Assembly: GCA_036172245.1 (NCBI GenBank)
Contig: JAYWIR010000039.1
Span: 992,001 to 1,056,000, forward strand
DNA from: Raillietiella orientalis
Taxonomy: Eukaryota
Direction of reading: 5' to 3'
Length of the DNA: 64,000 bases
Part shown: positions 1-11,143 of the stretch, piece after piece
Numbering within the stretch: the first letter of the stretch is position 1
How the letters are laid out: every line of letters starts with the position of its first letter
The notes under the pieces: model-generated
Told to the model about the DNA's origin: nothing
The model's input: the letters and a program-made list of their open reading frames with translations, nothing else
The model's database searches: none
Made by a program: the position numbers and the translations under genes

Positions 1-406
1 TTATTTTTTTTATTTCTTTGCAGCAGTCAATCTGAGGAAACAAAATCTGATCCCAAGGTTCAAGTTAGACAGTGCACTTGTAGGCATGACACAGGAGGGG
101 GGGGAAGGCGTTGACTGAGAGGGGGACGAATCGATGCGAATCTCCCGCGTGGAGACAAAGTATGCGGTCCCTGCTCGCAGTTCTCCCGTCGCGCTGCCGG
201 CTTGGTCTCGGTCCAGCTGGAAAGCAAAACCGTCCCTCCGTGAGATTGGCACCCCCACGTGGTTCCCGCTGCGGCCTCGGACAAAAAACGGAGATGCTGG
301 GCCCAGGACATGCACTTTGAGCTGCGGTTTCCGTCTTGTTTCGTCCTCCAGACCAAACAAACTTGCAGATCACTTCGCTTTCTGCATTTTCAGTTGTCTT
401 TCCTAG

Positions 407-752
407 GCCGGCCAAGGATGTAGAGGCAGCACCCACAGTTGGCAGTCCCTGGAGCTCCTTCGTCCATGCACGGGAGGTGAGGAAACTTCGACCTTCAACG
501 GTCGAAGGGATAGCTATGAAAAATAATACACATCTCTTTGATCCTTTTCCTCTTTTCTTAGGAAGCAAACGTGACAATGTTTGAGGATGGTAAGGAACGA
601 GTGTCTTCCGCAAAGAGGGATTCCTGCTGAAATTCTGCTATATTCAGATAAAGAAAAGGAAATACAGCATCTGATATCTGAGATCGTTCGAAGTTTCAAT
701 GGATCTCTTCCAGAGGCGTTAAACAAACGCAAAATCTCGAAACTCTCACAGC
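407..752 (+). CDS. Internal exons of an unidentified multi-exon gene (partial; ends not resolved)
   Basis: Three consecutive exons with canonical GT-AG sites and matching phases: 407-476, 562-589 and 648-752 (introns 85 and 58 nt). They give ...PAKDVEAAPTVGSPWSSFVHARE|EANVTMFED|DKEKEIQHLISEIVRSFNGSLPEALNKRKISKLSQ. A further exon-like segment at ~1532-1678 (...SKIRNLAAFWREKER) may belong to it. No family recognised. Confidence 0.5.
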
Positions 753-3700
753 GTAGGAAGGGGATTGTGGACGCCTCCCACTCGGATCTACACGGCTTTT
801 TTGTGTTTTTGTTTTCAAGGTTTAAAAACAGATGCCAGAAACCGTCTCGAGTGTCTTTCGCTGATGCGGTAACTCGCAGATGCCGACATCTAGTAAGACA
901 AAATTGAAAATGAAATCCCTCTCATACCCTGGGACGGCTTATCCCGACGAATTCTAGAGACAGGGAAGGTGTGACACCACAATGTTGGTGGAGTTGCCAC
1001 ATCACAGCAGATTTGTTCCTTTTGTCCGCATGGATGGAGCCTTTTTCGCCCGGGTTCTCCACTACATTCATTGCAAGAGGTTTTGCTTCTCTGAACTTTC
1101 AAGAGTTCTCCCCTCCAAGATGAAAATGAATAAGGTTATCGCGTGATTCAAGCGATGCACGCTGATTTTGAACGAGTGGATGAATCTGGCGGCAATTGGA
1201 CGTCACGTTCATTAACTATCCTGAGATTCCCATTTCATGTAACCGATTAGGCATGATGTTTGAGATTGTCGAAGCGCTCCCTGGGTAGCGCGAGGAAGAG
1301 GGTTTCAGATCGTCGTGATTCGTTTGGGAGAGGATCAGCCTGTCAGCGTGCAGGACCACAACAGGGTTTAGACGTGACTAGAAGATGAATTTGCTTCCGG
1401 GCTTGATATATCTAGAACGTGCTCGTGAAGACTGATCGTTTGAATGAATGAGATCGGAGGAATCAGCAGCAGTGGTGTCAATGATGCCTTTAGTAAAGGA
1501 CATTCAGGCGCTAAGGATTTGCCTTTTCCAGCATCTGTGCCTTGGATGTGGCACTCCCAGAGACACATAAGGATTCTGTCCCCAGATGGAGTTCTGTGTC
1601 ATCTCTTATTCTCCATTCGACAAGAATCTCCAACTCCAAAATAAGAAACCTTGCAGCATTCTGGAGGGAGAAGGAAAGGTGGCAATGGGAGGGAACCTCG
1701 CAGTTTCCCGATACGACGTTCATCACTTCCGCTCTCTCCCTCCTCTTTTCAATTCCATTCCGACCCTATAAGTTGACGGACAGCATTGGAAACATCTTTG
1801 TGCGAATCTCATGAGTTGGCCTGCAGCTGTTCAGCGTCGAGAGCTGTTCTGGTCGTGGAAATCCTCTCTCCAGCGAAACCGGGTCGACGCTGTCCACTCC
1901 CGTCAGACGTTATGCACTGGAGTCTGGTCTCGACCCCCAGTCTCCAGAGCAAGAGGCCAAGAAGTCCGCCAGCCGCGAAGCCTACAGTGGGTGGGCATAT
2001 GCCTGACTGCAGAGAGGCACCATTTCCCTCCTGGCATTCCAGGGCGACAAGGTGGCTCCAGCTGAACCAATAGGTGAATGAGGTCATCTGCCGCATGCCA
2101 AGCAGGTTAGCGGCAAGACGGAATCGCAAACCCGTCCAGACCCGTCCCATTCCTCTCCCTTCTCCACACGTGAACCGCGCTCATGGCTGCCCCACAACAG
2201 ACCCAGGGCCACCGATGGTGTGTTTCCCATTTTTGTATCCATTTTTTGTGCATTTGTATTTGAGAAGAATGATTCCCTAGCGTGACCTTCTCATCTCAGA
2301 TTGCGGGGACCTTTATTTAGCATCAGTAAATGGAATCCTCGCAGCTGGAGAAGGACCAGCATGCGCCGTCCCGAATCCAAAGGCACTGACCTCACTGGGG
2401 ACGAAAATAGGAAGAAGAGGAGGAAGGACAATAAGTAAATAAAGGGTAGGGAGTAGATTGGACGGACTCCGAGGTACTCGGCTTCATTCCCAAGGTCTTG
2501 CGTCAAATAGGTTGACACCCGGTTGAGCCAGGGAGTTTATTTATAAAAGTACACTTTCCTATGTCAGTGGTAGGACGCTTGGTCCAGCCACGTTGCACAT
2601 GGGACCTGCCGGGAACTGGCACGCAGGCCAGCGGGGTTCGCCTCTGCAGCAGAGAGTAAGGGGGAACAGCAAAGAAAGAAAAGAAAACAAAAAATACAAA
2701 AAATTGGGAAAGTTCGGGAAAGGATCACTGGATGCTGGAGGGCATCCTCTGCATCCTTTGCAGGACGCCGGCAAGTTTCTGTTTCAAGGCTCTTAGGTTG
2801 GACCATCTTGATGCTATCCTCATGTAGAGGACAGGGAAAATAGATGGCGTCCCTTTCTTCCTGGTCTCCTCTGGAGTTGCTCCATGTGGTCATGATCCCG
2901 CGTAGGCAGTAAAATACTGCTAGGAATGCGAACGGCGTGAGGGCGTCGTGCAGGAAGAGGCGCTTTAAAACTTGTCTCGGGGCTGCCCTTGGGGATCAGC
3001 AAGGACGCAAAAAAGCGTTCCCACAGGGGAAGGAAGGCAACGCAATCCATGAGCAAGTGCGTGAGTGCGTGACTCTTTCTCTGCATCTGGTGCATTCCGG
3101 TCTTATAGATCGTTTGGAGGACCATCAGCAGCTTCAACAGCAGATACCGAGTTGCAAGTTTTCCCAAGCTGGAAGGGAAAAGAAAGCAGCACACGCTCTC
3201 GGCTCCCTTGTCAGGCATACTGATGCCTGATCACGTGGACGTGGTGTTCAGATGCACGGAACGAAAGAGGAGATATTTCAGTGGGGCATAGGGTAGAGAT
3301 GCGAAAGTTCCCACCACATCTTCTGAGCTGACTCTTGTCCTCTGCTCAGCTGTAGGAAACTCTGACCCCCTTCTGCATCGGTTCTCTGGAATGTTCCTGG
3401 GTAGGTTGGTAGTTTCGTTTCCTTCTAGAAAGCAAGTCCTCTGTTTTCCTCATTTCCCGCTGCAAATGTCTCAACGGATAGCATCCAGGTTTCTCGAGTT
3501 TTTCGTGGCGCCGGAATCTTCTGTGGATCGCTAGCAGACCGACTTTATGGCTCAAGAGGTTCGTGTTCTGTGCCGACCACGGCTCACCTTTCACAGAAAG
3601 GAAACTACATCTTCTTGCGTCTTCTATTCTCCCCAAGGAGATGCATTTTTAGCTTGATGAACTCGGTGCCGCCAGACTGCTTTCGGAAATCGCACCGAGA

Positions 3701-4619
3701 TCGAGTGACGAACACTCTGCATTGCAGCTCACCTTTCATCCTGCGGCTCCTCTTTTCATCGGTTCATTAAAAAGGGGGGGGGAGGGGGGAGAGAAAGCGA
3801 GTTTTTCTTCTCTATTATTGCACTTTACTGAACGAATAGGTGCAACGGGAGTATTCCTGTTTCCGAGCACTCTTCAGTATGCCAGAGTTGGCGGCCCTAT
3901 TTCGTTTGCTCTTCTATTCCGAATGGATGTAATTGAGAACCCTTCCCCTCTTCTATGTACTTAAAATATGGAGAACTCTAGTCATTTCTCAAACTATTCC
4001 TTCAGTTCCCTTGCCTGCTCGTGGGATGTAGGTCGGTTTCGTAGTGCTCGAGATGAGAAGAGCTCTTGTCTTTGGTGCTCTACAAGCTTCCTCAGTAGCA
4101 CGCCTCGGTTCTTCCTGCAAGATTTATGGTTCCTCCACTCACCACAGCAACTGTAGTTTCACTTTGGTAGCCTCGTTTCTATCTGATTTCCCACTTTTCG
4201 TATGCTTTCAGTCCAGCAATAGGAACAAAAGATGTGGTTTCTTCTATTTCATAAAGAGATCCAGAAGCATTGCTTTTTAAGAAATGGATCTGTTTTTTTA
4301 AAGAAATATTCCTATCGCTACCAATGCAACAAATCAGTTTGCTCATCAAAACAAAACAGACAGATTAGGTCTCCAGATAATGAGCTTAGAGGCAATTTAA
4401 AAAAAACACACACATACTAGGCGCGAAAGCCGATCTTCTCTACAGTTCTCCAAAACACATGTATAGTATCTTCGTTTCTCTGTGTCGAAGAATATGAATC
4501 GCTAGGAAAATGAATCGTAGATTGTCGAAGCTATACAGCTGATTGAGTTCGAATATCCGGGAATTCATATTATTCATTCAATTTCTTAGTTTTTTTTCTA
4601 ATAATATTTACAATATCGA

Positions 4620-5960
4620 GAATATAGAGCTTTTCTTTATCAGTATAGCATTTATAGGTTTACGATATTCAGTAAGCATGTTACGATACCATTTATAGTC
4701 TTAAGGACTTATTTCATCAGGATAGGATTCTTTCCACGGATAGCTTTTCAAAATTTGCGAAAATATAGTTGGCAAACCTTGCATGAAAACGCAAATGCCA
4801 GATAACCATCTGAATGTCGGTGGTGTTTTCTCTTTCATCTTTTCCTAAACTGAATCAGTCGCATTTCTGAATACACATCAAATTTAAAGAAACGAATATC
4901 AATAGTTTCTAAGTGGATACTAATGTCTGTGCAGATGTTAGCGTAGTCTTCATCCGGAAATTTTTCCCCTAAAACGGACATATCGTCTGCCAAACTTGCT
5001 CCGATTTATACGAGTATGTTTTCAGTCTGATCTTTTTCATAGTAATTCTATGACAAAGTCAGATATTTCCCATAGTAATTCCATTTTATTAAATTTATAA
5101 TTCTTCGTGTACAGAATCCACGGAGACTATGGTTTTGAAGTATTGTTTTCTGATAAATGTAATGAAATGTTGTAGAGTTGAATCCCCATACCAAAGTTTC
5201 ACATGGTCATTCACTAGAGAATTATTAATACTTATCAAGTAGCCGTTCTTCTATCTTAAGAACTGATTTCTGATACATAGATCATATCAAGCTCACTTCA
5301 TTATAGAAATTTCTCTGTTTAATGACATGAGGAATGCCCTCAAGCGTAGTTTATTATGAACGGCGATTAGGCCAATTATCTGCTGATAACATCTGCATAA
5401 TTATTCCACTGGAATCATATTCAGTAAATACCTGACATTCGGTGACTTATGTGATTTTACAGCATAAAATTTTAAAAACCGCATAGGTTTTCTGTTCCTG
5501 CCATAATTGAAGTACAGCGTAACGCATTCAACATGTCCATTTTCTGTTCGTGTAGCAATTTAGCCATGCAAAAAATCACCTAAGAGGTCATAATTTCATA
5601 TGGAATTTTTTCAGTGAGTTACAGCTAAGTCTTCAGTCACACTGATATTACCAACACAGATTCGCAGTTGCGTTCAGAAAAGTGCCATTAACATACTAAA
5701 AGACTGTGCAGAATTACTTAATAATAGTGAACAATTCAAATTTTCATAATCTTATCTGAAAGAAAATAATTGTGAGTTTTAAATTTCCTCTTGAGAAAAA
5801 TTATTTAAAAGAAGCAATGGGGCAAGTTGCAAATAGTAAAAAAAATTTCCAGACGTTCTTCTATATTGAGAAATGATTTCTGATACGTATACCATATCAA
5901 ACCCACATAAATTAAATTAGCATCCGTTTCATTAAGATCATTTGCGAACTTCAATTCCTT
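4620..5960 (-). pseudogene. Possible decayed coding relic with an internal repeat
   Basis: Protein-like minus-strand stretches broken by stops and frameshifts (e.g. TFRWLSGICVFMQGLPTIFSQILKSYPWKESYPDEISP*DYKWYRNMLTEYRKP), plus a repeated V.LI(W/*)..YQKS.L.IEERL segment. No family recognised. Confidence 0.3.
5244..5906. repeat. Diverged 53-bp direct repeat pair (5244-5296 and 5854-5906)
   Basis: cgttcttctatcttaagaactgatttctgatacatagatcatatcaagctcac vs cgttcttctatattgagaaatgatttctgatacgtataccatatcaaacccac; 45/53 identical by hand alignment, offset 610 bp. Confidence 0.85.
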
Positions 5961-7917
5961 GATGTTTTCTTTGAAAGGAATTCAGTTTTGTCGACGAATG
6001 AAGACTGTGCAACAAAGTTACTTGGGACTAGGAGGCAGAATTCTAGAAGACAAGTGAAGCATTATTTATTTTGTTTTTTTGTGAGGTTATTACTTGGAGA
6101 TCCTTACAGTACACTTGAGAATATTCTACGTGCTGTTTCTAAAATTCGATCTTTAATCGTGGTTGTGTCTCTGTGTTGGACAGTTCAATTAAGAATAAAA
6201 TTTCGTTATGTCACTGGTTTTGCACTTAATCTTGAATTTTGCAAAAAGAGATTTTGTTAACTTTCTATGGTCCACTGGCACAGAAAAACTATGAATTAAC
6301 GAATTTTCTGCAACAAGTCGTTTATTTCTGTAGACAATCAACATGTTTTTCGTATTATTTACAAGCATCTTTGTCTTAAATTCTGTAAATCTTCACATTA
6401 TAAAGGAAAATAGACTGAATTCCAGTACACTGTTCTTCTTACTTGGATAAAACAAAAAAAAAACTTCACATGATTTTTGATGGCATACTTAGTACTTTGG
6501 TACTTCAGCGCACATGCAATTGAAAAACGAGGGAATCTTTTCAATGAAGAATCAATCGCTAAGCATAACGTGTTGCGGATGTCGTGTAACGTACTAAGAT
6601 TGTATTTTTTTCCCCTCCATGTCTTTGTTTAATATCGTTTGAAATGAATTAAAACTAATTGATCTTGTTAATACCACTACGTTAATATCAGTTTCACGTA
6701 AGTTTTCAACTTTTACTGTAAGTATACGGAGGGAGGATGGCGTTCTGTTTCACCGTAAACATTGCATTTTGAGCGGTTTTTGTGTTCATGTAATTCATGT
6801 TTGATTTGATATTGATTGTGATGGATGATGAGATCACTCCCATCCACACTGTGATCATGCACCTGCACTTAGTGGGTATTTGTCAAAATTATTCATGAAA
6901 ATGTTTCTTTTGAATCCATGAAAGTAAACAGGTGTTTCGAACCAGAAAACATTCACGAGTTTCCACTCATGTAAATTTTATTGTACTCGCATTCTGCAGT
7001 AGGGATTATGGCAACAGCATAAAGTATATCAATTGTATCTTCAGTGTCCATATAATTTGTGCAGTTTTATAATGATCAGGATTCATGATTGTTTATTATT
7101 ATTATTTTTGGTAATGAAAGTGCCTTTGGAAGTGCTTAGAACATAGAACTCTTCATACCATTTGAGCTGGACACCAAAAAGAACATTCAAACGAATACCG
7201 CAACCCACTCATGCACCTGTAAAGACCATTTATTGTGATGTACCATTTCGCAACTTTGTTCGTTCGTATTCAGTGTTCAGGAGTTTTAAAAGTATGCTTG
7301 AAAATGCTTGCAATGGTCATAAAAGTATACTAGAATATATACGATTCAAATTAGGTTATCCTATTATTTCATGTTTGCATGAGAATATTTACAATTATGT
7401 TTCCTGCTACAGAACTTTGTTAGTCTCTTAAGGATTAAAATGAAGAAAGCATGTTTGTTTTCAAATTCAAAACAGTTCGTTACTAACTGTGAAATGGTCA
7501 AGTGAACATCCATACTAACTTGATATCCAAATGGTAATCCCTGCTGAAGTCCATTTGCATGAGAACACTTGCATTTGTTACTTCAATCAACTAACTATAC
7601 TTGTCTCAGTTATCAAGTCAGGCTGACTACTTAGTTTGAATTCATTTTGTGAATACTTTGCATTCGATCTAATCTATTTCATTGATCTCTGGCTAACATA
7701 ATCTGTAGATGCATCCACCATCAGCACTGCCTCTATTTAAAAAGATGCTATTCATGTATTACAATGATTCATTGCAGTGAATGATATAAAGTGAACAAAA
7801 GGAGGATTTATGAAGCTGGATGCATTCAGCAAATGACTTATTTAAAGGGAATTTATTTTCTCTATAAATAACCTGGAAGACTTTAAATTTCCCAACCAGA
7901 AGTCCTAAATTTGGAAG

Positions 7918-8367
7918 CTGGAGTGTGTTGATTTCTGCAAGCTTTGTGGTGCAGTTTTACCACTACCTGGAGCAGATGCAAAAATTAGCTGTGTGTTGTG
8001 TGGCTGGCAAGTGGAGCAAAAAAGTAACTAAAAAAAATAAACACATGGCAAATGAGTAAACAATTCCTTAGGTCTGCATGGTGTAGAAACATTATATGTA
8101 GTGCATTTCAATGATCTGGATGCTTATTCTACAAAAGAAACTGATAAATTCAAAGCAAAGAACATAGAAGAAGTAGGTACACTAGTTGTTCATCAGTGTC
8201 CAAAGTGCTTACATCCTAATATGCTGTATTCCACTGCTCAACTTCGTTCTACAGATGAAGGGCAGTCAATATTTTACAAATGTCCAGAATGCAAGTAAGT
8301 GTACAAAATTATGCATATCTGACATTGATTCTGTGTTTGAAGTTTCATTGATTTAGAGCATACCTGA
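7918..8367 (+). CDS. POLR1H: RNA polymerase I subunit RPA12 (ZNRD1/POLR1H); start unresolved
   Basis: Exons 7918-8023, 8072-8294 and 8343-8367 (two 48-nt GT-AG introns). N-terminal zinc ribbon DFCKLCGAVLPLPG...CVLCG; TFIIS-like C-terminal ribbon CPKC...QLRSTDEGQSIFYKCPECNFIDLEHT*. Confidence 0.93.
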
Positions 8368-8384
8368 CCATTATTAACAATTTA

Positions 8385-9087
8385 TTAACGACTGTAAGGT
8401 TTTGGACAGGCTGCATTTTTCTTTTTTGGTATACATGGCTTTTTGGAAATAGATTTCTCCTCATTTGTGGTATCTGGAATCACCTCAAGATCAAGAGTAC
8501 TCTTTTCCATCATTTGCAGTTTTGCTTCTATAGCAAAAATCTTTTCTTCTTTACTAATCGAACAAGATTTTTTTTTTTTTTATGACTTCAAAAATTGGTC
8601 CTCACCTACGCTGATCCTGTAACTCATTAAATCCACCAAGTGCAGTTATTTTGACAAATCGTTTCTTCTTTGCTGGGAATGAGACCTATAACTAATAAAG
8701 GCACTTTTCTTTAACTGATGAATTCTATACCTCTGGTTTGGCATTTGCCCATCTTACAACAAGTCTTTTTCCACCAAGCATATAACCATTCAGTACTGCT
8801 CTCATACGATCACCATCAGAAAATTTCTCATATGTTACAAAACAGTAACCTCGAGGGAGCCCAGCCTGTGGGCCCGTTTTGTGGAAGAGGAAGTCAAACT
8901 TCACCAACTTGCCAAAAGGTTTGACCAGTTTCAAAAGTTGGTACCCATGGGGGAACATAACATACATTTAAATAATGTTGCATAATAAAAAAACTTTTTT
9001 TTTTTTAATAAAGAACTGCACCTACTCGGTAACATTAGGGCTTAGATTTCCAATCCAAATACTGTGATCGGGCTCTTCCTCAGTCAT
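8385..9087 (-). CDS. RBM18: RNA-binding motif protein 18 (single RRM), 174 aa
   Basis: Exons 9087-9026, 8944-8731, 8685-8606 and 8553-8385. Motifs IWIGNLSPNVTEYQLLKL, FDFLFHKTGPQAGLPRGYCFV, KRLVVRWA, KIFAIEAKLQMME and C-terminal PYSR* match RBM18. AATAAA overlaps the stop codon. Intron 1 needs a non-AG acceptor (see findings). Confidence 0.92.
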
Positions 9088-10160
9088 TATGCAGATTTTT
9101 TTTCATTTTGCATATAATGCAAAAAATCTTGAAAATAGTAAAATAAATTTTCGCACTTTCATTTAACCAGCACATTTCTAAAGACTACTTCATCACCAAA
9201 AATACAACAATTGAATTCACTGCGGCTCGTCTAGAACTTACTACAAGTTACTACACTTGCAAAAAGGAAAAAAAAAACGATCCGGGGGTCCTTTCACATG
9301 TGATTCATAGGGCCTGATTAGCGGACAGAATTAAGCAAGACGTTCAAATCATGGCTTTTTCTGCGAACTAATCGCGACACTTTTTGTGCCGATTCCCAAA
9401 ATGAATTCATGGCATACATATATCATGGTAGTCACGACTTTCTTACCGAAACACAAGCAAAACTGCGCATAATCCTTGAAAACACGAAACACGTCTGAAT
9501 ATCCTGGCTTCCTTCCGACCGTCGAGCAAAACGAACAAAACTGCTTAGCTCTCAGAAACACATTTTCCTGCTCAATGGAGAAATCCTCTGGAACCACTAT
9601 GGCGCACCAACCTTCTTCGCTCTTGCAAAGTGAAAAGTGGGGGGAGGGGGAGAGGGGGGGGGATCCGGAGTCCGCCGTCAGGGCGAACACGCTGAATCTG
9701 CACGAATTGTTTCACAAAGAATGAGCATGTAGATCACAACCCCTTGGCAGAGTATCCGTAGAGGGAGAGAGAGAGAGGCAAAAAAAAAAAAAAGGCAACA
9801 CCACCACCGTGCTTCGGTTGAAACATGTCACTCGGCGAGATTTCCTTGAAAGTAGCGGGGGAGGGGGAGGGGGGGAAGAAAAGATTGCACGTTCGCGCGC
9901 ACCCTGCAAGCTGCACGCCCAGGAGTCGCTTTCGAAGGGGCAGACGCCGCCGCCACGCTCGGTCGGGGATCCTTTGGGCGCCGCGCCGCTTCGCCAGCGT
10001 CCCGTCGACGGAGTCCGCGCCACTCACCTACCTCTCAGACCGTCGGGCTCTGTGCGACCGTTATGCGTCATTAGCTCATCACGAGTCCCCAGGACGAATC
10101 GTGTCCTTGAGAGGGGCCTGCTTTGTGCACCCTCCTTCTTAGCGGTAAGGGAGAACTGGG

Positions 10161-10180
10161 AGCAGCAGCAGCAGCAGCAG
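10161..10180. repeat. (CAG)n microsatellite
   Basis: agcagcagcagcagcagcag. Confidence 0.9.
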
Positions 10181-11122
10181 TCGCGGGGAACGCTTCGATC
10201 CAGGGGCTCTCCCGTCTGCGGCGAGCCCGCTCGGCTCAACCCGCCCGGATGACGCGGCGCCGCCAGCCCACGGCTCCGCCCAGCTCGAGTTGGCTCTTCG
10301 GGCTACGGCACTCTTCCCAGCTCGCCGCTGGCACGGTGCAGGAACGTGTCAAGGAACACGTGCACGGCTAGCACAGGCCTTGGAAAAAATGCACGAGGAA
10401 TGCGTAATTCTCGACAGCAAAATGGAACCGGGAAAATCGAAAACGACCTGACCAGCGCGAGACGCAATCCCCGAAGACATGTTTCGATTTTCCTCATGGA
10501 TGAAATTCTGGTTTCCTCATGCAAACGAGTGGATGCTGTAAGATTTTCAACCACACTGTCCTTTCGGGATGAACCTCCCCAGTAAGGTTTATTGCAGCAA
10601 AATTTTTTGAAAAGCTACGCATGTTAAAAATCACACATTTAAACTAATTTACAGGAATGATTCTCACTTGTATTGGAAATGCGCAAATGGTTTTGTACAA
10701 TCGATGCCCCCCCCCCCCGGAAGATTCCTTGATTTTGCAGGAATAACACAAAAGCGGTCAGCAAGCCTTCCCTATCGTAGTGGAGAAACCACGGCTGCTT
10801 TGCTTGGGAGAACACACGTTTTCGCAAGTCAAAACGAATTACACTTCAGTGTCCAGAATCCGCCGTTCATGGGAACCAACTTTCCTACACCTTTACGATT
10901 GAGGCCAAGCATTAGGGAACTGGTTGTACCATAGCCACACCCACGGTAGCGATTGTGGATAGGAATTGAGCAACTCCGGAGGAGTGAAGTCCCGTCGACT
11001 CCTCAGGGAAACCACAGCAAAAAAGACAGCAGCTCACTGTCAGAAGTCTGTGTGCTTCTGGAAATCTTTTCGTCTGCACGTCTGAACGTAGAGTTTTGAT
11101 TAGAAACATATACACACACATT

Positions 11123-11143
11123 AAGAAGAAGAAGAAGAAGAAG
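11123..11143. repeat. (AAG)7 microsatellite
   Basis: Seven consecutive aag units. Confidence 0.9.

Noticed and set aside
2291..4160. Exon-like fragments on both strands (one spectrin-repeat-like helix, RIASRWSNLRALKQKL)
   Set aside because: Could not build a phase-consistent model; similarity too short to support a call.
8295..8298. RPA12 ending at CPECK* as in the ORF track
   Set aside because: The TAA lies within a GTAAGT donor; a 48-nt intron restores a consensus-like tail CNFIDLEHT*.
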